A stretch of 64,000 nucleotides of DNA from Escherichia phage MN01. Shown here piece after piece: positions 1 through 7,521 of the stretch. The stretch lies in the sequence record MT129652.1, one strand, 5' to 3'. The number at the start of each line of letters is the position of its first letter. Positions within the stretch are counted from its first letter, which is position 1. The position numbers were made by a program, and so were the translations under genes. Under the pieces are notes generated by a model. It was not told the DNA's origin, searched no databases, and saw nothing but the letters and a program-made list of their open reading frames with translations.

Positions 1-2
1 AA

Positions 3-194
3 GATACTCGTGGCTATCCATTTGATAAAAAGAATGTACGCGATTGTGCAGCATGGATAACCGGAAACCCTGAAATTGGGGTCATGTTATCTACTGAAGC
101 AAATGACATTCTGGATGCTGGCTGGGTTAAAGCTCAAGAACCGCCTACTGATATTGATGACCAGATTTTTAATGCTTTCATGAAGCGAGGTTAA
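3..194 (+). CDS. 41: C-terminal fragment of replicative DNA helicase gp41 (5' end outside window)
   Basis: Frame-3 reading frame open from window edge to TAA at 192-194; sits immediately upstream of the gene 61 region as in T4. Sequence identity not checked against gp41, assignment by synteny. Confidence 0.4.
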   Translation, partial: DTRGYPFDKKNVRDCAAWITGNPEIGVMLSTEANDILDAGWVKAQEPPTDIDDQIFNAFMKRG

Positions 195-195
195 T

Positions 196-387
196 ATGAC
201 TGCAATGTGTACGGGCTCTAAGATTTCGGTCTTCCAGATTTTTGAAGAATATGAAATCGTGTCGCAAGACCAAGAAGCAATCCATGTTATTGCTGATGAT
301 GGGGTTACCTGGATTATTCCGTTGTATCATGAAGACACTTATGAAGTGACTGATGCAAATGGTGATAAAGCTATCTTCGTTGTATAA
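196..387 (+). CDS. small acidic protein (63 aa) in the slot next to gene 41 where T4 carries dmd (61.5)
   Basis: ORF in track; starts 2 bp after the helicase stop; positional analogy only, sequence not recognised. Confidence 0.3.
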   Translation: MTAMCTGSKISVFQIFEEYEIVSQDQEAIHVIADDGVTWIIPLYHEDTYEVTDANGDKAIFVV

Positions 388-406
388 ATAGCGGAAAGGG
401 GGTGTT

Positions 407-574
407 ATGAAAACATTCAAAGATTTTATCAACGAAGATATGGTTGCCGGTGATGCAGGCGGAAACCCAACTAATATCGCAACAGGTACCACTTCCGGGG
501 CAGTTGTCAATAAAGGCCCTGAACAAATCCCATCAAAAAAGCGTAAGAACAAAGACGATAAACCTACAGTATAA
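407..574 (+). CDS. small hypothetical protein (55 aa, basic C-terminus), probably late-expressed
   Basis: ATG at 407 preceded by GGGGG Shine-Dalgarno and a TATAAATA late-promoter motif at 383-390; not in ORF track (<60 aa). Confidence 0.3.
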   Translation: MKTFKDFINEDMVAGDAGGNPTNIATGTTSGAVVNKGPEQIPSKKRKNKDDKPTV

Positions 575-606
575 TGGTCCTTCGGGGCCATTGAAATGAG
601 GAAACT

Positions 607-1635
607 ATGTCATATATTGATAAAGAATTTGCAGTCAGAGCTTTATCGTATCAACCACGTTATAGAGAAGTCACCGGGAGCACATTTAAGGCAAACTGTC
701 GTTGCAAGGTTTGCGGTGACTCTCAGAAAGATTCACACAAGGCCCGATTCTGGGCGTATACCAATCCGGCTGACGGTGCGGTTTACGTGAAATGTTTTAA
801 CTGTGACTACTCCACGCATATAAGCAAATACATAAAAGAGTTTGAGCCTGATTTACATCGGGAATATATGGTTGAGAAGTATAAGGAGAATGCCTTTGGC
901 AGACAACGTAATGAAGTTGCAGAAACTCCGAAAGAACCAGAAAAAACTCCGGTTATTGAGCAACTTGCTTTTTGCGAAAGAATCGATACTTTACCAGAAG
1001 CGCATCCGATAGTTAAGTATGTAAAAAGTCGGTGTATTCCGAGCAATGTTTGGAACCGGTTATGGTTTACAAACAAATGGCCTGCATTAGTTAACTCCGT
1101 TAATCCTGGGACGTATAAGAATGAAACGAATGAACCACGCTTGGTTATTCCTATCTTCAACGGCAAAAAAGAAATCGAATCTTTCCAAGGACGAGCTCTT
1201 CGCAAAGATGCACCACAAAAATATATCACAATCAAAGCCCACCCAGAAGCTTCCAAAGTCTATGGTGTAGACAAGATTGACGAACGCAAGCGCGTGTGGG
1301 TAATGGAAGGTCCGATTGATAGTTTGTTTATCCCTAACAGCATTGCGATAACCGGTGGAACATTAGCATTGGAAGCCGTTCCTTATGCAGAAACCCGAGT
1401 ATGGGTAATGGACAACGAGCCAAGACATCCTGATACGATTAAACGTATGAAGAAACTTGTTGAAGCCGGTGAAGCCGTTATGTTCTGGGACAATGCACCA
1501 TGGCATACGAAAGACATAAATGAGATGGTTAAATCAGAGGGTGCAACCCCTGAACAAATCGAATCATATATGGCCGATAACGTTACTCAAGGGCTGCTGG
1601 CGAGAATGCGACTTTCGAAGTACGCAAAAGTTTAG
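607..1635 (+). CDS. 61: DNA primase gp61
   Basis: 342 aa, same length as T4 gp61; N-terminal Cys-rich zinc-binding region (CRCKVCGD...CFNCDY) and overall similarity to T4 primase as I remember it. Confidence 0.9.
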   Translation: MSYIDKEFAVRALSYQPRYREVTGSTFKANCRCKVCGDSQKDSHKARFWAYTNPADGAVYVKCFNCDYSTHISKYIKEFEPDLHREYMVEKYKENAFGRQRNEVAETPKEPEKTPVIEQLAFCERIDTLPEAHPIVKYVKSRCIPSNVWNRLWFTNKWPALVNSVNPGTYKNETNEPRLVIPIFNGKKEIESFQGRALRKDAPQKYITIKAHPEASKVYGVDKIDERKRVWVMEGPIDSLFIPNSIAITGGTLALEAVPYAETRVWVMDNEPRHPDTIKRMKKLVEAGEAVMFWDNAPWHTKDINEMVKSEGATPEQIESYMADNVTQGLLARMRLSKYAKV

Positions 1636-1832
1636 GAAGGGATTCCGGTAAAGTAACCGATGATGGAATGGATATGTTCCATTGTGACCTGGGGTAAGTG
1701 TACCCCTTGTGATGCAGCGATAGGCACAACCAGTAAGTTCCACAGAAAAACATCAAGAGCTAAAAAGCCCATGATTAGTTTTTTGTCTTTCTTACTGGTT
1801 AATTTCCAAATCTGATAGAATAATGTTCCCAT
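1632..1832 (-). CDS. small membrane protein (66 aa)
   Basis: Minus-strand ORF with one hydrophobic helix; shares LWNxxVxPxA core with the adjacent minus-strand ORF. Confidence 0.35.
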   Translation of the reverse strand: MGTLFYQIWKLTSKKDKKLIMGFLALDVFLWNLLVVPIAASQGVHLPQVTMEHIHSIIGYFTGIPS

Positions 1833-1840
1833 AGTTCCAC

Positions 1841-2038
1841 CTATACAAGGCCGATTAATGCCAGTGAAACATCTACAACCGATTCGAGCGCGACGACTGG
1901 TAATATAATACCATATGTCAATGCAACAGGAGCAACAATGAAGTTCCAGAGTAGAACTGAACAGAGCACCGAAAGGACCAGAATCGTTCGCTTACGACTG
2001 CCTTTGATGGCTTGAATTAGACTAGATAGTTTTAGCAT
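1841..2038 (-). CDS. small membrane protein (65 aa), paralogue of 1632-1832
   Basis: Internal Met of ORF 1841-2068 preceded by strong AAGGAGGA Shine-Dalgarno and a CATAAATA late-promoter-like motif; two hydrophobic segments. Confidence 0.35.
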   Translation of the reverse strand: MLKLSSLIQAIKGSRKRTILVLSVLCSVLLWNFIVAPVALTYGIILPVVALESVVDVSLALIGLV

Positions 2039-2122
2039 ATATCCTCCTTTCTTGTATTTATGCTTCAAACCAATACGATATAATTAACATACAAATAACA
2101 TGAATTGATAAGGAAAAATATA

Positions 2123-2641
2123 ATGGCTCATTTTAACGAGTGTTCTCAACTGATTGCGGGTGTTGATAAAGCTGAAGAAGCTTATGACAATGCAATTATC
2201 GAAGGTACTGACCCGCTGCAGATTATGCTTGATATGCAGAAATCTTTGCAGGTCCGGTTGGCTACTGAAAAACCAGAATATAACTCACATCCAGATGAAT
2301 TGGCTACTGCAGGTGATGTTGTTACCTGGCTCCGCAACCAGAAAGATTATATTGATGATGAATTCCGCGAACTGATTACTGCATTAGGTGGCATGTCCAA
2401 TGGCGAGAAAGCTGCCTCGGCCGTATGGAAACCATGGAAAGCACAACATGGTGAAATGCAGCAAACCCTGATTAACGATTTGTCTCCTGAAGACCAGCTC
2501 GAAATTAAATTCGAAATGATTGATATCCTGCACTTTGTTCTGAACATGTTCCATGGTCTTGGTCTATCTGCAGAAGAAATCTTTAAACTGTATTACCTGA
2601 AAAACGCTGAGAACTTTGCTCGTCAGGACCGAGGTTATTAA
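2123..2641 (+). CDS. 56: dCTP pyrophosphatase (dCTPase-dUTPase) gp56
   Basis: Translation from MAHFNEC aligns along its length with T4 gp56 as remembered, including the conserved C-terminus EEIFKLYYLKNAENFARQDRGY; start moved to the internal Met matching the T4 N-terminus. Confidence 0.85.
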   Translation: MAHFNECSQLIAGVDKAEEAYDNAIIEGTDPLQIMLDMQKSLQVRLATEKPEYNSHPDELATAGDVVTWLRNQKDYIDDEFRELITALGGMSNGEKAASAVWKPWKAQHGEMQQTLINDLSPEDQLEIKFEMIDILHFVLNMFHGLGLSAEEIFKLYYLKNAENFARQDRGY

Positions 2642-2922
2642 TGGCTCGTTTAAATAAACGTCAGCTTAAGAAAGCTCGTAAGAAGCATATTAATGATATA
2701 ATTGAAAACGCTAATGTTGAAATCTTTGTAGAACTTTTAGCCAATCAACTAAAAAATTTATCTAAACAAGAAATTGCTATGAATACTGAAAATGCTAAAA
2801 ATGTAATCGAAACTCATAATGTTTTTGCCCAAGCTACTGCTGAATACATTGCTAATCCTACTGCTGAAAATCTAGCTAAAATGACCGAAGCCAATAAAGC
2901 AGTCCAAGCCGCCAAATTGTAA
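2641..2922 (+). CDS. hypothetical protein (93 aa)
   Basis: ORF in track, start overlaps gp56 stop (ATGA-type coupling). Confidence 0.4.
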   Translation: MARLNKRQLKKARKKHINDIIENANVEIFVELLANQLKNLSKQEIAMNTENAKNVIETHNVFAQATAEYIANPTAENLAKMTEANKAVQAAKL

Positions 2923-2924
2923 GT

Positions 2925-2932
2925 TATAAATA
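2925..2932 (+). promoter_or_regulatory. T4-type late promoter motif TATAAATA upstream of soc
   Basis: Exact TATAAATA about 30 nt upstream of the soc start, followed by AAAGGAGA Shine-Dalgarno. Confidence 0.6.
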
Positions 2933-2963
2933 CACCTGTAATTAAACATCAAAGGAGATAATT

Positions 2964-3197
2964 ATGGGTGGTTTCGTTAATATCAAAACCTTTACGCATG
3001 CAGCTGGTGAAGGTAAAGAAGTTAAAGGTACTGAGGTTTCAGTTCCATTTGAAATCTATTCTGATGCGCATCGTATTGCTAATGCTCATTATCAGACTTT
3101 CCCTTCGGCCGTTGCAGCCTATTCTACTGTAGTGACTGATGCTGCTGACTGGAAGACCAAGAATGAGGCAATGTTTACGCCGACCGATATTGTTTAA
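2964..3197 (+). CDS. soc: small outer capsid protein Soc
   Basis: 77 aa; motifs VNIKTF, YSDxHxIxxAHYQTFPS and AAYSTV match T4 Soc as remembered; late promoter and strong SD upstream, terminator downstream. Confidence 0.8.
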   Translation: MGGFVNIKTFTHAAGEGKEVKGTEVSVPFEIYSDAHRIANAHYQTFPSAVAAYSTVVTDAADWKTKNEAMFTPTDIV

Positions 3198-3202
3198 TTA
3201 TA

Positions 3203-3228
3203 GGGACTCTTCGGAGTCCCTTTTTGCT
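3203..3228 (+). terminator. rho-independent terminator (UUCG tetraloop hairpin + T-tract) after soc
   Basis: GGGACTC-TTCG-GAGTCCC followed by TTTTT. Confidence 0.6.
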
Positions 3229-3273
3229 TTTAATAGAAGCGGTATAATTATTTCAATTACAGAGGAGAATACT

Positions 3274-3471
3274 ATGTTAAACCGTTGGATTAAACCAAAT
3301 AAAGCTTTAGATGAAATTATTGCTCATGATGTCCATTTTAAGTATGGATTGGGTGTGTTTGATGAGGTTATCGTACATTCATTCATGATGCATGACGATG
3401 ACTCTTTAGAATTCAATATTGAAATCCGATGTGATGATGGTAAAGTTGAATTTAAACGAGGTTTCCTATGA
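3274..3471 (+). CDS. hypothetical protein (65 aa)
   Basis: Internal ATG of track ORF 3139-3471 preceded by AGAGGAGA SD and a TATAAT -10-like element. Confidence 0.35.
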   Translation: MLNRWIKPNKALDEIIAHDVHFKYGLGVFDEVIVHSFMMHDDDSLEFNIEIRCDDGKVEFKRGFL

Positions 3472-3809
3472 TTAGTTGGCTCAAGAATTTATTCAAGACT
3501 AAACCTGGTGAGGGTGTGGTTCCAGTTAACGTGCCAGATGTTAAGCTAAGAGAATATGTTTACATGGGCGACGGCATGATGGAAGAAGTGGTCAAATCGA
3601 AATCAAAAGACCTATATTCTACAATGTCAGAAGAAGACTTACAAAAACGTTTAACTCGACTGCAAGAACAAAGAGCTCAAGCGCAAAGCAGTATCGATAC
3701 TACTTCGATTGTGGTCACCGCTGCTGCAGTCAGTTCGTGGACCGGTGATTCGTCTTATTCCTCCTATGATTCGGGAAGCTGTGATTCGTCTTCCAGCTCG
3801 TGTGATTAA
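3468..3809 (+). CDS. hypothetical protein (113 aa) with Ser-rich C-terminal tail
   Basis: ORF in track; C-terminal 35 residues are mostly Ser/Asp/Tyr/Cys. Confidence 0.4.
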   Translation: MISWLKNLFKTKPGEGVVPVNVPDVKLREYVYMGDGMMEEVVKSKSKDLYSTMSEEDLQKRLTRLQEQRAQAQSSIDTTSIVVTAAAVSSWTGDSSYSSYDSGSCDSSSSSCD

Positions 3810-4004
3810 ATGAGAATTACAAGTTGGCTTAAAGATTGGTTGGTTACTCCAGGGATTGATGATTCCTGGGTGGCCAGAGCCGAGGAAGAAATGCAGCGCG
3901 AAGCCGAAGAATGGGCCGTTAACGGGCTTAAAGCCATGCAGGAAAAGAAGACCGAACGAGCAGCGCTTAAACTGATGCGTGATATCTACGGAGATAAATC
4001 ATGA
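3810..4004 (+). CDS. hypothetical protein (64 aa)
   Basis: ORF in track, abutting the previous stop. Confidence 0.3.
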   Translation: MRITSWLKDWLVTPGIDDSWVARAEEEMQREAEEWAVNGLKAMQEKKTERAALKLMRDIYGDKS

Positions 4005-4146
4005 CACAAGAAGACGCTGAACGCCGGGCAAAAGAAGCGCTGGATTTGCTTTTGAAAATTGGCAGTAAAATGATGGAAGAAAACGAAAAGTACATCAAGG
4101 AAAATAAAGTTCCTGATGGTCCATTAGTTGGTAAGAGGAAATCATT

Positions 4147-4635
4147 ATGAAAGTATATGAATTAGAATTCTATGTCCGTGATTCCGCTGGACAGACACGA
4201 CCTTACGATGCTACCGCATGCCTTATCATGGTTTACAATGGCATGGATTCGGTCACTGCATTGGAAACAAAATTAATGAACCTGACGATGCCAGAAAACG
4301 TTATGCTGAAAGTATTTCATAGAAAAAACGTTAATGTGGCCGAAGGGTGCCCGTTTACTGTTTCCGAAGCTCTGCACATCAAAGGCTATCGTTATCCGGA
4401 CCATTATGCAGAAGGAACCGCGGATATTTTCTATAAAGATACTGATAAAAATTCCAATGAACGTCTTCAGGGTCGCACTTATCTGATTTCTGCACCTGAA
4501 GACCTTACTGAAGTCGAACGTCAGATTTGGAAACACTTTGATATCGGCTTGCGCTTTACTTTAACAGAAGAAGCTCTGCGCGATACTAAAATGCGTGCTC
4601 GTATGTATGGTTACGGTCCTATCGGTGGTTACTAA
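4147..4635 (+). CDS. hypothetical protein (162 aa)
   Basis: ORF in track with AGGAAATCATT-ATG start context; lies in the soc-to-mod region (T4 mrh/srd neighbourhood), identity not established. Confidence 0.45.
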   Translation: MKVYELEFYVRDSAGQTRPYDATACLIMVYNGMDSVTALETKLMNLTMPENVMLKVFHRKNVNVAEGCPFTVSEALHIKGYRYPDHYAEGTADIFYKDTDKNSNERLQGRTYLISAPEDLTEVERQIWKHFDIGLRFTLTEEALRDTKMRARMYGYGPIGGY

Positions 4636-4789
4636 TGGATTTATTTGAACTTTTTGAAGAGCCTAAAGCTCCTACGGAAGCCCGTGTTGACCTAGTTGAC
4701 GAACTTGATGCGATTATACAGAAGCACGGTTTTAGCCTCCCAATGGAAGTTCTACGCGACCTGGCCTCATATTATGACGACCCACCTCC

Positions 4790-5065
4790 ATGGGCACCAT
4801 GGGTGAAACAATGAACTGGTTAACAAATATTCCCACATCGGCGCTGGATATCGACCGTAAACATGCTCATAAGGAAATCGAGCAACAAAAAATTAATCGG
4901 TTACAAAGGCTTAAGACTGAATCCGAGACAATTAAAGCCGAACGACCGACAGAATCGAAAAGTTCTTACTCATCATATCAATCTCCTAACTCATCATATC
5001 AATCTCCTATTGGCATGGCCGTAGACATTGCAGTCTTTGGCGTTCCACTTGGAGTGTTTAAGTAG
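4790..5065 (+). CDS. hypothetical protein with tandem SSYQSP repeat
   Basis: ORF in track; contains a 2 x 21 nt direct repeat encoding SSYQSP-SSYQSP. Confidence 0.35.
   Translation: MGTMGETMNWLTNIPTSALDIDRKHAHKEIEQQKINRLQRLKTESETIKAERPTESKSSYSSYQSPNSSYQSPIGMAVDIAVFGVPLGVFK
4968..5010 (+). repeat. short tandem direct repeat (2 x about 21 nt) inside coding sequence
   Basis: tcatcatatcaatctcct occurs twice in tandem. Confidence 0.7.
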
Positions 5066-5121
5066 TTTACTTACTCCCCTCCTAATGACATAATGGTCTT
5101 TCTTACAACAGAGAGACCATT

Positions 5122-5682
5122 ATGAACATCATCAAATCTGATACCGAACCCAACCAGTTAAAATTTAGTGAAATGGAGATAGCTTCATTATTTGAATGCC
5201 GCACATCAAAGGTTGATAAGACCTTGCATTCAAATGTCAACTCAATCATCAAGTCAAGGTTGTCTATACCCGATACAGTCTTGTGGCGCGGAGTAACCCA
5301 GCAAGAGATTGATTTGTTAGATGAAGCAAAAGAATCAATGCAACCTTTTGAATTTGGACGGGTAACCTCCTTTACAGAAGACTATGGTATTGCCAGGGAT
5401 TTTGCTGCAATGGAATATGTGACTAGGACTATCGTCAGATTGAATCAGACCAAAGCTTTTTGTTACCATGATGCGATGCGCAAAATCGCGCTTGACGTTC
5501 CACTGGAATTCTTCAATACAGCTTCTGGTTCCGCCCGGGCAGCTACATTAAGGCGCGAAGAATACATGGACATGATTGATTCTGAGCTTGAATGGTTTGT
5601 TCCAGTTGACCAGAAATTCGTGGTAGTTGACGCTGGATTTGTTGGTGATTATTATGTTCTTGACTGTGTACAAGAGCAATAA
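5122..5682 (+). CDS. ADP-ribosyltransferase, ModB-like
   Basis: 186 aa; R-S-E class ART triad in order: LWRG (Arg), TSFT (STS-like), ELEWF (E-x-E); sits in the modB slot upstream of dda. Confidence 0.5.
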   Translation: MNIIKSDTEPNQLKFSEMEIASLFECRTSKVDKTLHSNVNSIIKSRLSIPDTVLWRGVTQQEIDLLDEAKESMQPFEFGRVTSFTEDYGIARDFAAMEYVTRTIVRLNQTKAFCYHDAMRKIALDVPLEFFNTASGSARAATLRREEYMDMIDSELEWFVPVDQKFVVVDAGFVGDYYVLDCVQEQ

Positions 5683-5726
5683 GACACGTTAAGATGTTCC
5701 TATCAACTACTGATGAGGATAATAAA

Positions 5727-6341
5727 ATGCTGTACACTGATGACGTTTTGAATGGAATTATTGACACTGCCGCTTCTAGCGAGTCTTTTCGTGACCAATG
5801 TCAAGCTGAGATTGATGCTCTTTATACAGATAATGAGCAATCAGTACTCTGGCAGTGTATGGAAAATAAACCCGACCTGATTCAAGAAGACTTGTCCAGG
5901 ATTATCCGCAACAATCTGAATACTGCACCGCCGGCAGCATTGTTCCGTGGTATATCAAAGAAAACCATGGAATACCTGGAAGATTTAAGATATGTTGGTG
6001 CAATAATTGAGTTCAACCGTGTGATGAGTTTTTCCAGAGACTGGCAGGTTGCAAGAAATTTTGCATCATACAGTTTCTATGGCACAAGGAACATTTTCTG
6101 TATAAACAATGCACCATATGCGTATAACTATCAGGAAGCAATCTTCAAAATGATTTGCGGTGCTCCTCCCGAAGAGTTCAATGGTGCATATCCAGAAGCA
6201 ACCAGGAAGTCAAACCTACACCTGGTTAATGATGAGGATGAGTTTATGTTTCCCGCTGGGACTACGCTTCGCGTAGACTTGATTGAAACTCACCCATTGA
6301 ATAACCTTTATACTGTTTGGCATTTGACTGTTTTGAACTAA
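5727..6341 (+). CDS. ADP-ribosyltransferase, ModA-like
   Basis: About 204 aa from internal ATG with GAGGA SD; FRG, MSFS and EDEFMF motifs in ART order; paralogous to the preceding ORF. Confidence 0.5.
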   Translation: MLYTDDVLNGIIDTAASSESFRDQCQAEIDALYTDNEQSVLWQCMENKPDLIQEDLSRIIRNNLNTAPPAALFRGISKKTMEYLEDLRYVGAIIEFNRVMSFSRDWQVARNFASYSFYGTRNIFCINNAPYAYNYQEAIFKMICGAPPEEFNGAYPEATRKSNLHLVNDEDEFMFPAGTTLRVDLIETHPLNNLYTVWHLTVLN

Positions 6342-6400
6342 CCAAAGACCTTAGAACCATTATACGCAGTAAAAATAAAAGCGTTAAAGGTGAAAAAGTA

Positions 6401-6430
6401 GTGTACATGAAAGATGAACAGTGTATAATA
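6401..6430 (+). promoter_or_regulatory. early-type promoter (GTGTACA -35, 17 nt spacer, TATAAT -10)
   Basis: Member of a repeated promoter cassette family; followed by conserved leader CATACTGAGTTACC. Confidence 0.55.
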
Positions 6431-6476
6431 ATTTCATACTGAGTTACCAAATCGTCCGTAAGATGAGAAAAATAAC

Positions 6477-7220
6477 ATGAATATGTCAAAAGAAGAGTTT
6501 GAATTAAAAGTTTACAAACGTCGCGAGCATACCAAAACGTCTGCAAAACGTCGTAACAAGGATTTCAATCTGTCTAGTAAGTATATTGCTAATCTTTTGA
6601 AACAAGAATTCTGTGCGTATTCTGGTGAACGTTTTGATGAAAATTCAACTCAAGATAAAGTTTCCTTTGAACGCTTTAACAATGATATAGGTTATATTGA
6701 AGGCAATGTTATCCCTGTCAAAACTAAGTACAACGGTTTACGTGCTGATTTATCTCTTGATGAACTTAAACGTGCACAGACTCGTTTGGCGGTGCGTATT
6801 AATGGCGGTTCTAAGATGCCCAATAGTTTTAAAGTAACTCCTGATGGCTATTATAAAATTCGCAAAATTGTTAAAAATATTAAAGATACTGAACGTGGAA
6901 TCAAGAAGCGTCAAAAACATTTAAAAGAGCTTTATAAAAGTGGCGCTAAAGATACCACCCCTTCTGTGATTGCAGTCAAGGCTCGTATACATGGACAAAT
7001 GGCTTCCATTGGAACTAGTCAACGTGGACTGAAAATGGTTATGGGTGGTCCTGACTGGCGTCTGAAAATGAAATCATCTGACGCTGAAACGCGTTACGAT
7101 ATGTATGATAAAATTATTCAAGGTCTGGAGCGTTTAGATAAGTTGTCATTCATTGACCGTCTTAAACTGAAACGTGGCCTGCCTTTGAACGCGTCAATTT
7201 TTAAACTGATTAGAGGTTAA
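6477..7220 (+). CDS. basic protein (247 aa), possible degenerate HNH-type (Mob-like) endonuclease
   Basis: Very Lys/Arg-rich; region SFERFNNDIGYIEGNV resembles the DRxDN..GY..N core of phage HNH_3-type nucleases. Assignment tentative. Confidence 0.35.
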   Translation: MNMSKEEFELKVYKRREHTKTSAKRRNKDFNLSSKYIANLLKQEFCAYSGERFDENSTQDKVSFERFNNDIGYIEGNVIPVKTKYNGLRADLSLDELKRAQTRLAVRINGGSKMPNSFKVTPDGYYKIRKIVKNIKDTERGIKKRQKHLKELYKSGAKDTTPSVIAVKARIHGQMASIGTSQRGLKMVMGGPDWRLKMKSSDAETRYDMYDKIIQGLERLDKLSFIDRLKLKRGLPLNASIFKLIRG

Positions 7221-7221
7221 T

Positions 7222-7521
7222 GTGATGTACTACGCATATGTGCTGGTCCACAAAGATAAAGATGGTTTTGAACACCCATTGGAGTATAATGGAAAGGTTA
7301 CCTTATACACCACAAAAGCGGGCGCAGAATATGAACTTGCCAACTATTCATATACTACAAACCGATATTTAAGTATGGGACGTATTGAAACCAGTTACAT
7401 TCCCAGGAAGTGGTGGTTTGATAAACGGGAAACAAAAACAGTTTTTCCTACTGAAGAACACGCACGAGAATTGAAACAGGTTTTATATACTTTATATGTT
7501 AAGCGAGTAAAATTGGCATGA
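7222..7521 (+). CDS. hypothetical protein (99 aa)
   Basis: ORF in track; stop overlaps dda start. Confidence 0.4.
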   Translation: MMYYAYVLVHKDKDGFEHPLEYNGKVTLYTTKAGAEYELANYSYTTNRYLSMGRIETSYIPRKWWFDKRETKTVFPTEEHARELKQVLYTLYVKRVKLA

